Shown piece after piece: positions 9,118-19,849 of a stretch of 64,000 nt of DNA. The stretch is from positions 933,509 through 997,508 of the forward strand of contig NZ_JMCB01000001.1 of the NCBI RefSeq assembly GCF_000737315.1, given 5' to 3'. The DNA is from Hyalangium minutum (lineage in GTDB: Bacteria; Myxococcota; Myxococcia; Myxococcales; Myxococcaceae). Positions within the stretch are counted from its first letter, which is position 1. Each line of letters opens with the position of its first letter. The notes under the pieces are model-generated. The model was not told the DNA's origin. It did no database searches and saw only the letters and a list, made by a program, of their open reading frames with translations. Position numbers and translations under genes: made by a program.

Positions 9118-10338
9118 CTACGTCCCCTTCCCGCCCGTCCATCGCAGCGGGAGCGACGTCACGCCCCGGATGGTGAGGTTGTCGATCCACTGCAGCTTCG
9201 CCTCGTCGACGTGGAGTTCCGGCAGCCGCTCCACCATCGCCGCGAGCGCGATCTGCCCTTCCAACCTTCCCAACGCCGCGCCCAAACAGAAGTGGATGCC
9301 ATAGCCGAGCGACAGGTGCCGGTTCTCGCGGCGCGTGATGTCGAAGCGATCTGGCTCCGAGAACTGGAGCGGGTCGCGGTTGCACGCGCCCATCACCATG
9401 AAGACGCGGTCGCCCTTCCGCACCGTGCGGCCGTGGTACTCGACATCCTCCAACGCCACGCGGCCCATGCGCTGCACCGGGCTGTCGTAGCGCAGCACCT
9501 CTTCGATCGCGGCCGGCACCCGCTCCGGCGACGCGCGCAACAGCCGGTACTGCTCCGGGTGCCGCGCGAGCGCGATGACCGCGTTGCCAATGAGGTTGGT
9601 GGTCGTCTCGTGGCCGCCGAACAGGAGGGTCACGCAGGTCGCTAACAGCTCCGCCTCCGAGAGGCTCTCGCCCTCATCCCTCACTGCGAGCAGTTGGGAC
9701 ATCAGGTTCGGCTTCGGTGCGCGCCGGTGCTCCTCCATCACGATGCGGAGGTAGCCCTCCATCTCGACCACTGCCCGCACCGCTCGGCCGGCGATCTCCG
9801 GCCCGAGCTGGCTCGCGCCCATGAACGACGCGATGGCGTCCGACCAGCCCTTGAGCAGATGGGAGTCCTGCGCCGGCACGCCCAGCATGTCGGCGATGAC
9901 GATGGTCGGCAGCGGATACGCCAGGTCCGCGATGACGTCGAGGTGCTCGCTCGCGCTGTGGCGGTCGAGCAGTTCGCTCACCAGCGACTGGATGCGCGGG
10001 CGCATCGCCTCCACCGCGCGGGGGGTGAAGGCCTTGCTGATCAGCCCACGCAGCCGCGTGTGGTCCGGCGGATCCAGCAACAGCGTCCAGCGCGAGAGGT
10101 TGTCGATGAGCGGCTTGAGCTTCTCCTTCACTGCGTCCGGCAGCTTCGCCGCGTAGCCCGAGCTGCGGTTCGCCGACAGCCGCCGATCCTTGAACGCGCT
10201 CTCCGCGTCGGCGTAGCGCGTGAGCAGCCACGCGTTCCACGCTTCGCTGAAGTACGCGGGCTCGGTCTCCTGGAGCTGGCGGTAGAGCGGATAGGGGTCC
10301 CGCCGCGCTGCTGGGGTGGAGAAGTCGAGGAGGGGCAT
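9118..10338 (-). CDS. Cytochrome P450
   Basis: Heme motif HLSLGYGIHFCLG, I-helix LFGGHETT, ExxR (EEVLR) and DPPDHTRLR. Start ATG 10338 (MPLLDFS). Confidence 0.97.
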   Translation of the reverse strand: MPLLDFSTPAARRDPYPLYRQLQETEPAYFSEAWNAWLLTRYADAESAFKDRRLSANRSSGYAAKLPDAVKEKLKPLIDNLSRWTLLLDPPDHTRLRGLISKAFTPRAVEAMRPRIQSLVSELLDRHSASEHLDVIADLAYPLPTIVIADMLGVPAQDSHLLKGWSDAIASFMGASQLGPEIAGRAVRAVVEMEGYLRIVMEEHRRAPKPNLMSQLLAVRDEGESLSEAELLATCVTLLFGGHETTTNLIGNAVIALARHPEQYRLLRASPERVPAAIEEVLRYDSPVQRMGRVALEDVEYHGRTVRKGDRVFMVMGACNRDPLQFSEPDRFDITRRENRHLSLGYGIHFCLGAALGRLEGQIALAAMVERLPELHVDEAKLQWIDNLTIRGVTSLPLRWTGGKGT

Positions 10339-10473
10339 CCGGCGTTTATTGCACCCGAGCGCTTGTCCCCTCCAGGGCAAAAAAAATCGGAGCGGACGAT
10401 GTCGAGAAAAACGACACGGCTCCGACCTGGGGTTGAAAGCGCCAATGAGGGCGCCTCAACCCGGAGAATTCAC

Positions 10474-10908
10474 ATGGTGACCGCCGAAGCCCTTCAGCCC
10501 TCCCCTGCTCCCTCGCATGCCAACGCCCCGCGTCAACTGCTCCGCCGCATCGGTGCCGTGCTTGCGGGTCTGTTCGCGATCTTCGCCGTCACGACAGCGA
10601 CCGACGTGGTGATGCATCTGTCCGGGGTGTTCCCGTCCATGGACGCTCCCCCCATGTCCAATGCGCTGTTCCTGTTCGCCTTCTCGTACCGCTTCGTCTA
10701 CGACGTGGCGGGCTGCTACCTCACCGCGCGTCTCGCTCCGGCGCGACCGATGTGGCATGCGCTGGTGCTGGGCACCATCGGGCTGTGCGTGAGCCTCGTG
10801 GGCGCAGTGGCCATGTGGGGCGCTGGGCCGGCCTGGTACACGCTCGGCCTCGCGGCAAGTGCCTTGCCCTGCGCATGGCTGGGCGGGCGCCTCGGCCAAC
10901 GGGAATAG
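10474..10908 (+). CDS. Small integral membrane protein (about 4 TM)
   Basis: GGAG RBS before ATG 10474 and four hydrophobic segments. The longer ORF-track call (9694) is an antisense extension over the P450. Confidence 0.75.
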   Translation: MVTAEALQPSPAPSHANAPRQLLRRIGAVLAGLFAIFAVTTATDVVMHLSGVFPSMDAPPMSNALFLFAFSYRFVYDVAGCYLTARLAPARPMWHALVLGTIGLCVSLVGAVAMWGAGPAWYTLGLAASALPCAWLGGRLGQRE

Positions 10909-11157
10909 CTCCGGCCAGGCAGGTGCCCTCCACCAGACGGTAACCGACGAGGCCCTGCTGCGAATGGCGACCGTGGTCAGACTCTCATCTACGAGCCTCA
11001 AAATGAGAGCGACTTCCTCCGCTTCCCGCTCGGCCCCCTGCACACGTTCCGGATGGAGCAGGGCAAGCCTATCGTGTCCCCTTCCGGGAACGAGGCTCCT
11101 CCAACGCGCTGAAGCCGCGAGCCTGGGAAGCAGATCCACCACAGAGAGGAGAAAGCC

Positions 11158-11598
11158 ATGAAGCAGCGAATGAACATTCCCGCAGTGGCCCCTGGGGCCT
11201 ATCAGGCCTTGCTGGGACTGGAGAAATACCTGCACGGGTGCGGTCTGGAGGAGCCGCTGCTTCACCTCATCAAACTGCGCGCCTCACAGCTCAACGGCTG
11301 CGCCTACTGCATCGACATGCACTGGAAGGATGCACGGTCCTTGGGGGAGACGGAGCAGCGCCTGTACGGGCTCGATGCCTGGGCCGAGAGCCCCTACTAC
11401 ACCGAGCGCGAGCGGGCGGCGTTCCTGTGGACCGAGTCCGTCACGCACCTGTCACAGGGACACGTGCCGGACTCCGTCTACGAGGCCGTGAAGCCCCACT
11501 TCTCCGAGAAGGAGCTGGCCGACCTGACACTGGCCATCGCCGCCATCAACGCGTGGAACCGGATCTCCATCTCCAGCCGCACAGTCCCCGGTGCATAA
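11158..11598 (+). CDS. Carboxymuconolactone decarboxylase / AhpD-like protein
   Basis: LRASQLNGCAYCIDMH core, YTERERAA and INAWNR. RBS GAGGAG. Confidence 0.93.
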   Translation: MKQRMNIPAVAPGAYQALLGLEKYLHGCGLEEPLLHLIKLRASQLNGCAYCIDMHWKDARSLGETEQRLYGLDAWAESPYYTERERAAFLWTESVTHLSQGHVPDSVYEAVKPHFSEKELADLTLAIAAINAWNRISISSRTVPGA

Positions 11599-11634
11599 AC
11601 GGCGGCGGCGATCGCGCGCCTGATCTTGGAGGGG

Positions 11635-12117
11635 CTACCCCTCCTCTTCGCGCATCACCGTCTGTCCCATGGAGGCAAGCAGCGGCATATTGGTAGCGGT
11701 GATGTACTGGACGCTACTGTCCTCGGCGGCGCAGTGCTGGTGCCAGCACCACGGCGGCGTATAGAGCGAGTCCCCAGCCTCCCAGTCGAAGCGCTGCCCC
11801 TCGATAAGGGAGTAGCCCTTCCCCGAGATGACGTACATCAGCGCTTCATAGGCATGCCGGTGGTTGGAGGTTTTTCCGCCCGGGGCGAGCTCCCCGATGC
11901 TGCAACTCAACGTCTTGCTCGGAGCCCGGAGGGGAAAGACTGGGTGCCCTCGCTCTGCCGAGAAATCCCGCGCGGTGGAGCTCCCTCGCACCGCCTTGTG
12001 CAGGCAAGCCGCATCTGGCTGCCGCGCCGGGATAACCGTCAGTGAGTTGCGATTCTTCGAGGTGTCCGAGAATGACTCGGAGCCCCCCCCCTGCGTCACC
12101 GTGTTCGACTGAGCCAT
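11635..12117 (-). CDS. Cupin-domain protein (metal-binding cupin_2)
   Basis: Cupin motifs HRHAYEALMYVISGKG and GDSLYTPPWCWHQH. RBS AGGAG before ATG 12117. Confidence 0.88.
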   Translation of the reverse strand: MAQSNTVTQGGGSESFSDTSKNRNSLTVIPARQPDAACLHKAVRGSSTARDFSAERGHPVFPLRAPSKTLSCSIGELAPGGKTSNHRHAYEALMYVISGKGYSLIEGQRFDWEAGDSLYTPPWCWHQHCAAEDSSVQYITATNMPLLASMGQTVMREEEG

Positions 12118-12140
12118 GGGTCTCTCCTGGAGAGGATCTC

Positions 12141-12944
12141 TCAAGCAGCCTGGGAAGCCTTCTCTGCGCGCCTCTGAAGACGGGCGTGCATGTGATCGAA
12201 GAAGTTCTTTCGTGCGTCGAGTGCCTTCAACGTTCCCACCGCCAGCCCCATGCGCCCCTCGAAGCCCTGTGCCAGGTCCACGGCGATCTGCCGTAGGACC
12301 TTGGCGTGATCGTCATCCACCATCGCATGCAGATCGAAGAAGACGCGATCGCGAATGCTCAAGCCGGGCCAGGCCTTCTGGATGCCCTTGAGCAGGTACG
12401 CGTACATGAAGCGGACAATCCCCTCGGTGGCGACGCCCAGAGCGCCCACCGCCTGCTCTTGGGAGCCCGTGCTGCAGACCCCATGGAACGTCTCGATCCA
12501 CGCCACGGTGGCCACGTCCGGCTTGCTCTCGAGGATCTGCTTCGCGTCCATTCCCACAGCGACCAGGAAGCGGCGGAAGAGGAGCGGGTGCGGGTAGCGC
12601 ACATCATCGGGGTTGATGCCCGCCTGGCGCAGCTCTGCTTCGTGAGCAGGATCCAACTTGCCGATCTCCTCGGAGAGGTTGCCCATCAGCGCCGCGCGGT
12701 GCTGGGGTTGCTCCAGCCGCGAGGAGACCGCGGTCAGGTACTGAGTAAACCGGTAACTGTAGAAGTAGTATTGGGAGAGCAGGTCTCGGAGTGCCGCTCC
12801 CATGTCGTGAAACTCTCCCCGCTCGATGGCCAGGAGCAGGGGATGGTTGGCCGCTGGGGATTGAATGGCCAGCATTTGGAGATTGGCCACGAACTCTTCC
12901 GCAGAGAGGTTGGCCCAAACCAATTCGGTCATTGTTGAATGCAT
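12141..12944 (-). CDS. Heme-oxygenase-like diiron oxidase (CADD/PqqC/TenA fold, iron-containing redox enzyme)
   Basis: Ligand pattern NLSEE...PH, ATEG and FFDLHxxxDxxH matches the E/H/E/H/D/H set of HDO enzymes. Confidence 0.8.
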   Translation of the reverse strand: MHSTMTELVWANLSAEEFVANLQMLAIQSPAANHPLLLAIERGEFHDMGAALRDLLSQYYFYSYRFTQYLTAVSSRLEQPQHRAALMGNLSEEIGKLDPAHEAELRQAGINPDDVRYPHPLLFRRFLVAVGMDAKQILESKPDVATVAWIETFHGVCSTGSQEQAVGALGVATEGIVRFMYAYLLKGIQKAWPGLSIRDRVFFDLHAMVDDDHAKVLRQIAVDLAQGFEGRMGLAVGTLKALDARKNFFDHMHARLQRRAEKASQAA

Positions 12945-12951
12945 AGCGTCC

Positions 12952-13281
12952 CTATCCGAGGGTGCCGACGCGCCGCCTGGCCGGAGTGGTGACCTGGGGA
13001 CCCTGCATCTGCGCGAGCTCGAGCGTGAAAGTCAGGAGCAGCACGCCTACGAGCAGGATCAGGATCATCACTCTCAGCGCGGTGGGATCGATGTTGAGGA
13101 CCAAGATGGCTCCCGGCACCAAGCCTAACATCGCAAGCGTCCAGGTGTACAGCCGCAGCCGTGCCTTGGGCGGATCCATCCGGAGGTAGGTGAAGGTCTC
13201 GGTGATGAAGGAGGCCAACAAGCCGAAGCTCACCACGATCACCGACGTGGCCGCCGGGTAGCGCAGGACCAGTTCACACAC
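12952..13281 (-). CDS. Small membrane protein (3 TM), possibly a remnant
   Basis: GTG start overlaps the thiolase stop. Three hydrophobic helices. Confidence 0.5.
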   Translation of the reverse strand: MCELVLRYPAATSVIVVSFGLLASFITETFTYLRMDPPKARLRLYTWTLAMLGLVPGAILVLNIDPTALRVMILILLVGVLLLTFTLELAQMQGPQVTTPARRRVGTLG

Positions 13282-14494
13282 CGATGACGAGGCTCACGGT
13301 CGTGGTGGTGGAGCCCCCGATGTTCAAGGTCTGGCACGTCCGGGCGCCCTCCACCTGATAGTCCCCCGCCGTTCCCGTCACCTGCTTGAAGGCGTCGAGC
13401 GCCATGCGCACACCCGTGGCGCCCACCGGGTGCCCCAGACCGATGAGCCCTCCCGAGGGGTTGATGGGCAGCCGGCCCTTCAGCTCGATGGAGCCGTCCT
13501 CGATGGCCTTCCAGGACTCGCCCGGCGCCGTGAGGCCCAGGTGATCAATGGCCATGTACTCCGTCATAGCGAAGCAGTCATGGGTCTCCACGACATGCAA
13601 TTCGCTCACGTCCTTGAGGCCCGCGCGGGTCCGGGCGTCCTCGATGGCGCGCCGCACCTGGGGAAAGACATAGGGCTGGCCCTCGCTGGCGCGCACCTTG
13701 GCCGCGTAGCTGATGGGCGCCGAGCGGTGTCCCCATCCCCGGATGCGCGGCAGGCGCTCGAGCGAGAGGCCCCGGCGGGCAGCGTACTCAGCGGCACGCC
13801 GAGGCGTGGCCAGGAACACCACCGCCGAGCCATCCGTCACCTGGCCACAGTCCTGCTTGCGCGTTCTGCCTTCCACCACGGGGTTGGCCTCGTCGTGGGC
13901 GGTGAAGCTCTCCGGGGTGAAGCTCCACTGGCGCGTCTGGGCATTGGGATTGCGCTTGGCATTGGCGAAGTTGAGCTCCGCGATGCGCATCAGGTGCTCG
14001 TAGCGCAACCCATGGCGCCGCTCGTACTCGTCGGCCAGGTCCGAGAACGCTCGCGGCCAGAGGTAGCGAGCGTCGGTGAACTCGTGTCCAGCCCAGGCCG
14101 CGGCGCCGAGGTTACGGGCTGCCTGCTGCCCCGGCACGTTGCGCATCTGCTCCAGGCCCACCACGCAGGCCAGCTCATACCGGCCCGCCTCCAGCTCCGC
14201 CGCCGCGGCGAGCAGGGCCACGCTCCCCGAGGCACAGGCCGCCTCGTGGCGCGCGGTGGGCAGCCCATCGAAGGCCGGGTCCACCTGTCCAAAGAATCCG
14301 CCGAGCAGCCCCTGCCCCGCGAAGAGCTCGCCCACGAAGTTGCCCACGTGGCCGCACTCCACCTCCTCGGGCTCCAGCCGGGTGGCGGCCAAGCCGCTGC
14401 GCACGGTCTGGGTGAAGGCGTCCGCGAGTTCCAGGCCCTGGCGCGACCAGTGCGCCGAGAAGTCACTCTGCCAGCCGCCAAGCAGGTAGATCAT
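13274..14494 (-). CDS. Thiolase (acetyl-CoA acetyltransferase, SCP2-type)
   Basis: HEAACASG (catalytic Cys), ETHDCF and NPSGGLIGLGHPVGATG. Confidence 0.93.
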   Translation of the reverse strand: MIYLLGGWQSDFSAHWSRQGLELADAFTQTVRSGLAATRLEPEEVECGHVGNFVGELFAGQGLLGGFFGQVDPAFDGLPTARHEAACASGSVALLAAAAELEAGRYELACVVGLEQMRNVPGQQAARNLGAAAWAGHEFTDARYLWPRAFSDLADEYERRHGLRYEHLMRIAELNFANAKRNPNAQTRQWSFTPESFTAHDEANPVVEGRTRKQDCGQVTDGSAVVFLATPRRAAEYAARRGLSLERLPRIRGWGHRSAPISYAAKVRASEGQPYVFPQVRRAIEDARTRAGLKDVSELHVVETHDCFAMTEYMAIDHLGLTAPGESWKAIEDGSIELKGRLPINPSGGLIGLGHPVGATGVRMALDAFKQVTGTAGDYQVEGARTCQTLNIGGSTTTTVSLVIGV

Positions 14495-14558
14495 GGGGCC
14501 TCACCCTACCCCGCGCCGGAGACCCCTGGCCACCGGGCGCCCTCAGGGACGAATACGC

Positions 14559-15098
14559 ATGCGCATCGCTGTGACTGGCACGCACCGAGTGGGAAAGTCG
14601 ACGCTCCTTGAAGAGCTCGGGGACCGGCTCGTGGGCTATCAGGTCGTCGAAGAGCCGTACCACCTCCTCGAAGAGGAGGGTTACGAGTTCGCTTCCCCAC
14701 CGAGCTTGGAAGACTTCCTCGAACAACTTCGCCGCTCGATGGAGTTGCTCGAAGACGCGGAGGCTGCGCGAGACGTTCTGTTTGATCGGTGCCCCATCGA
14801 CTTTCTGGGATACCTCCTGACTCACGAGGACTCCGATTCCTTCGACCCGGAGGAGTGGCTTGCCCGGGTCCGTTCCACCCTTCAGACCCTGGATCTCGTC
14901 GTCTTCGTGCCCATCGAGGAGCGCGACCGCATCCCGCTCTCTGCACACGAAGATCCCGAGATGAGGGCGACGGTGGACGAGAAGCTCGCCTGGATGCTGC
15001 TCGACGACCCATGGGAGCTGGGGGTGGAAGTCCTCACCGTCCACGGGTCGACGAGCGCGCGGGTCACCCAGGTTCTCGAGCGCCTGGAGCGAGGATAG
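14559..15098 (+). CDS. P-loop ATPase/kinase (AAA_28-like)
   Basis: N-terminal Walker A IAVTGTHRVGKST and LFDRCPIDF. Confidence 0.85.
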   Translation: MRIAVTGTHRVGKSTLLEELGDRLVGYQVVEEPYHLLEEEGYEFASPPSLEDFLEQLRRSMELLEDAEAARDVLFDRCPIDFLGYLLTHEDSDSFDPEEWLARVRSTLQTLDLVVFVPIEERDRIPLSAHEDPEMRATVDEKLAWMLLDDPWELGVEVLTVHGSTSARVTQVLERLERG

Positions 15099-15165
15099 CC
15101 TGACCACAGGGAAGCCCGGGCAGATGCGCCTTCTGCTTGCCCGGGTGCCTCCCGCGAAGGTCCCG

Positions 15166-16800
15166 CTACCGCAGCCGCCAGACACCGCTGGAGTACGCCG
15201 GAACCACGAACTGCCACGAGTTGGACGTGCTGGCCTCGGCGCCCGCCTGCACCTGCGGATCCACGAAGAGCGGATCCAGGGGAGCACCGGGCAGCACCTG
15301 GCTCACGGTGGCGGGCGAGGCGCCCAGGTTGTGGACCACGAGCACGCGCTCGCCCGGAGCCTCACGGAGGTAGGCCACCACAGCGGGCGCCGCATCGCTC
15401 CGAGGCAGCGGCTTGAGCGTCCCCACGCGCAGCGCGGGAGAGTCATGGCGCAGTTGGATGAGCTTCCGGTAGCGCTGCAGCAGCGAGCCCGGATCGGCGA
15501 GCTGGGCCGCCACGTTGCGCTGCTGCCAGCCCGCGACGAACGGCGCCCACGGCTTGCCGGTGGTGAAGCCAGCCTTCTCCGTGCCATCCCAGGGCAGCGG
15601 GAGGCGCTTGGCCGGATCCCGATCGCGCCCCTCCACGGGGCCGTTGGGCATCCCGAGCTCCTCGCCGTAATAGAGGAAGGGAGTACCCGGCAGCGTCAGC
15701 AGCACCGCCGGAGCCACGCGGATGCGTCCCTCCTGTCCCTCGAGCCGGGTGGCCACGCGCACCTGATCGTGGTTGGCGAGGAACGGCGCGGTGAGCGCAC
15801 CGGAAGGAAACGCGGTGCTGAACTCCTCGATGCGGGCATGCAGCCTCGCCGCATCGCCATACTGGAGCGAGTCCAGGATGGCCTCGGCCACCGGGAAGTA
15901 GAACAGCATGGGCAGCTCATCGCCGCCGCGTACCTTCTCCGTCGAGCCGTAGTACGGAAGGATGTCCTTCGAGTCGCTCCACACCTCGCCCACGAGGAGC
16001 GCATCGGGGCGGACGCTGCGCACATGGGCGGAGAACTCCTTCCAGAAGTCGTGAGTCTCCGGGGTGTCGTTCTGCTCCTCGCCGGGGCCTCGCTCGACCA
16101 TGTGGCGGGCGGCATCCAGCCGGAAGCCGTCCACGCCGCGAGCCAGCCAGAGCGAGGCCAGGCGCTTCACCTCGGCGCGGACCTCGGGGTTGCGGTAGTT
16201 GAGGTCCGGCATGCCGCTCCAGAAGATGCCGTAGTAGTAGGCGCCGTTCTTCTCGTGCCACACGGGCCCGTCGCCCCACGGCTGCTTCCAGCCCGGGTTG
16301 TCCTGGCGCCACACGTACCAGTCACGCTTGGGAGACTGGGGCGAGGACGCGGACTCCACGAACCACGGGTGCTGGGCGCTGGTGTGGTTGAGGACGAAGT
16401 CGATGACGATGCGAATGCCGCGCTGGTGGGCCTCTCGCACGAGCCGATCGAAGTCCTCCTGTGTGCCGTACTCGGAGTCGACCTTCTCGTAATCCACCAC
16501 GTCATAGCCGTGGTAGCTGGGGGACTCGAACATGGGCATGAGCCACAGCGCCTCGACGCCGAGCCCCTTCAGGTAGTCCAGCTTGGAGGTGAGCCCGTTG
16601 AAGTCGCCCACGCCATCGCCGTTCGAGTCGGCGAAGCTGCGGACGAAGACTTCATAGAAGACGGCGCCCCGGGCCCACTCGAGCTGCCAGCCCGAAGCCG
16701 GAGCCGCTTCCGCGGAGGGGCGCGAGGACGACGGCGTCGCGCAGGAGACGAGCGCGACGCACAGCAGGGCCAGGGCACGAACGGAGAGGAGCCGGTTCAT
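15166..16800 (-). CDS. GH13 alpha-amylase-family glycoside hydrolase, lipoprotein
   Basis: Conserved regions DFVLNH, GFRLDAARH, LVGEVW and FLANHD. Lipobox ALVSC. Confidence 0.95.
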   Translation of the reverse strand: MNRLLSVRALALLCVALVSCATPSSSRPSAEAAPASGWQLEWARGAVFYEVFVRSFADSNGDGVGDFNGLTSKLDYLKGLGVEALWLMPMFESPSYHGYDVVDYEKVDSEYGTQEDFDRLVREAHQRGIRIVIDFVLNHTSAQHPWFVESASSPQSPKRDWYVWRQDNPGWKQPWGDGPVWHEKNGAYYYGIFWSGMPDLNYRNPEVRAEVKRLASLWLARGVDGFRLDAARHMVERGPGEEQNDTPETHDFWKEFSAHVRSVRPDALLVGEVWSDSKDILPYYGSTEKVRGGDELPMLFYFPVAEAILDSLQYGDAARLHARIEEFSTAFPSGALTAPFLANHDQVRVATRLEGQEGRIRVAPAVLLTLPGTPFLYYGEELGMPNGPVEGRDRDPAKRLPLPWDGTEKAGFTTGKPWAPFVAGWQQRNVAAQLADPGSLLQRYRKLIQLRHDSPALRVGTLKPLPRSDAAPAVVAYLREAPGERVLVVHNLGASPATVSQVLPGAPLDPLFVDPQVQAGAEASTSNSWQFVVPAYSSGVWRLR

Positions 16801-16838
16801 GGGCGCACACCTTACCCCTTTCGAGGGCAGGCCGAGCC

Positions 16839-17519
16839 TCAGGGCACCTTCTTACCGTTGCGGATCCACTCTTCGCGGCGCTTGTCCTGGAGCTGCTTGC
16901 GCGCGAGCGCCTCGTCCGTCTGGCGAGGCACCTCCTTGAGCCGATCCTGGTGCATGCGGATGCTGAGGTCCAGCAGGCCCTTGTCGCGATCGGGGAGCTT
17001 GTCGCCGTAGTCGGTGAGCATCCGCTGAGCGATGGCGATGGCGTCCTCGGAGGCCTTCCGGCGGTAGTCGAAGTAGCGGTGGATCTCCTCCTCGGAGGCA
17101 TCACCGGCCTGCACCTTGCCGAAGACCTCGTTCCACTTCCGGAGCGTCTCGGCTCGCTTCTGGAGGACCTCCGGATCCTTCGTGGGGGCCTCGAGCTCCC
17201 AGTACAGGTTGCCGGGCGTCTTGGCCCGGAGCTCGTCCATGTTCACGGGATAGTCGGTGGGCGGCTGCTCGGAGGACTCGTCCACCGGACGCTGCAGCAG
17301 CTTGTCGAGCGCCTCTCCCGGAGGCGGCCCCGGCGGAGCCTGGGGCGTCGGCACGGGGGGAACCGGAGCAGGAGCGCTCGGCGCCGCCGCCACGGGACGC
17401 TCGGAAGTCTCCACAGGCGGAGACTCCTCCCCGCGAACGAGCCATGCGAACACGGCCGCGACGAGCACAGCGGCCACACCAACCAACAGAGGGATCTTCC
17501 AGCCTGACTTGGAGGGCAT
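16839..17519 (-). CDS. Hypothetical protein with N-terminal membrane anchor and helical C-domain
   Basis: N-terminal TM segment, Pro-rich linker and charged helical domain. Confidence 0.75.
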   Translation of the reverse strand: MPSKSGWKIPLLVGVAAVLVAAVFAWLVRGEESPPVETSERPVAAAPSAPAPVPPVPTPQAPPGPPPGEALDKLLQRPVDESSEQPPTDYPVNMDELRAKTPGNLYWELEAPTKDPEVLQKRAETLRKWNEVFGKVQAGDASEEEIHRYFDYRRKASEDAIAIAQRMLTDYGDKLPDRDKGLLDLSIRMHQDRLKEVPRQTDEALARKQLQDKRREEWIRNGKKVP

Positions 17520-17608
17520 TGTCGGTTTTCTAACGACTTCCTCGGGTTCTGGACTTTCTGTTCACTCCCGGTGTACCACGCAACTCCCCCGAACCCGGAG
17601 GAATCCGA

Positions 17609-18913
<1,305 letters not shown>

Positions 18914-19062
18914 TCCGCACCGAGCCCAGAGCCTGAAGCACCCAACCCCTGCCCCGCCGCGAGTGCCTCTTCGAGAGGGGGCTCGCGGCAGTGGCGGGGG
19001 TTGTTTTCTGCGGGGGAGACGGCGGTTCCGCCCCATCGGGGCCCATGCGAGGCTGCGCGCGC

Positions 19063-19824
19063 ATGAGTGTCCAGATCGAGAAGAGCGGCCCCGTCACCAC
19101 CGTCATCCTCCACCGCCCCGAGGTGCGCAACGCCGTGGATGGCCCCACGGCGAGAGCGCTGGTGGAGGCCTTCGAGGCGTTCGACGCGGATCCGGACGCG
19201 AAGGTGGGGGTGTTCTACGGAGAGGGAGGCACGTTCTGCGCGGGCGCGGACCTGAAGGCCGTGGCCGAGGGGCGGCTGCCGCACCTGGCCCCAGAGGGAG
19301 ACGGGCCCATGGGCCCCTCGCGGATGCTGCTGAGCAAGCCGGTGATCGCAGCGGTGACAGGGCACGCGGTGGCGGGGGGCTTGGAGCTGGCGCTCTGGTG
19401 TGATCTCCGGGTGGCAGAGGAGGACGCGGTGCTGGGCGTCTTCTGCCGACGCTGGGGCGTGCCACTGATTGACGGTGGGACGGTGCGGCTGCCCCGGCTG
19501 ATCGGCCTGTCACGGGCGCTGGACCTGATCCTGACGGGGCGGCCGGTGTCCGCGCAGGAGGCGCTGGGCATGGGGCTGGTGAATCGGGTGGTGCCCAAGG
19601 GCCAAACCCGAGCGGCGGCCGAGGCGCTGGCGAGGGAGCTCGCGGCCTTCCCACAGGCCTGCATGAACGCGGACCGCCGCTCCGCCTACGAGCAGGCCTC
19701 GCTGCCGCTGGAGGCCGCGCTCCGGCAGGAATTTCTCCGTGGCGTCCAGGTACTGGAGACCGAGTCTCTTTCCGGAGCCCAGCGCTTCGCCCAGGGAGCA
19801 GGCAGACACGGCAAGTTCGAGTAG
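19063..19824 (+). CDS. Enoyl-CoA hydratase/isomerase (crotonase family)
   Basis: FCAGADLK, KPVIAAVTGHAVAGGLELALWCD and GVPLIDGG. Confidence 0.95.
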   Translation: MSVQIEKSGPVTTVILHRPEVRNAVDGPTARALVEAFEAFDADPDAKVGVFYGEGGTFCAGADLKAVAEGRLPHLAPEGDGPMGPSRMLLSKPVIAAVTGHAVAGGLELALWCDLRVAEEDAVLGVFCRRWGVPLIDGGTVRLPRLIGLSRALDLILTGRPVSAQEALGMGLVNRVVPKGQTRAAAEALARELAAFPQACMNADRRSAYEQASLPLEAALRQEFLRGVQVLETESLSGAQRFAQGAGRHGKFE

Positions 19825-19849
19825 TTCCTCCAGGAAAGGAACAGAGCAC

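Noticed and set aside
9694-10473. N-terminal extension of ORF 9694..10908
   Set aside because: Antisense to the P450. The real gene starts at ATG 10474 after a GGAG RBS.
9118-14494. Complete secondary-metabolite gene cluster (P450, AhpD, cupin, HDO, thiolase)
   Set aside because: No scaffold-forming enzyme (NRPS, PKS, terpene cyclase or RiPP precursor) is seen and orientations are mixed. Only the HDO-cupin pair is kept as a finding.
18930-19030. Possible ncRNA in the structured intergenic region after the esterase
   Set aside because: A GC hairpin followed by GTTTTCT is adequately explained as a terminator.
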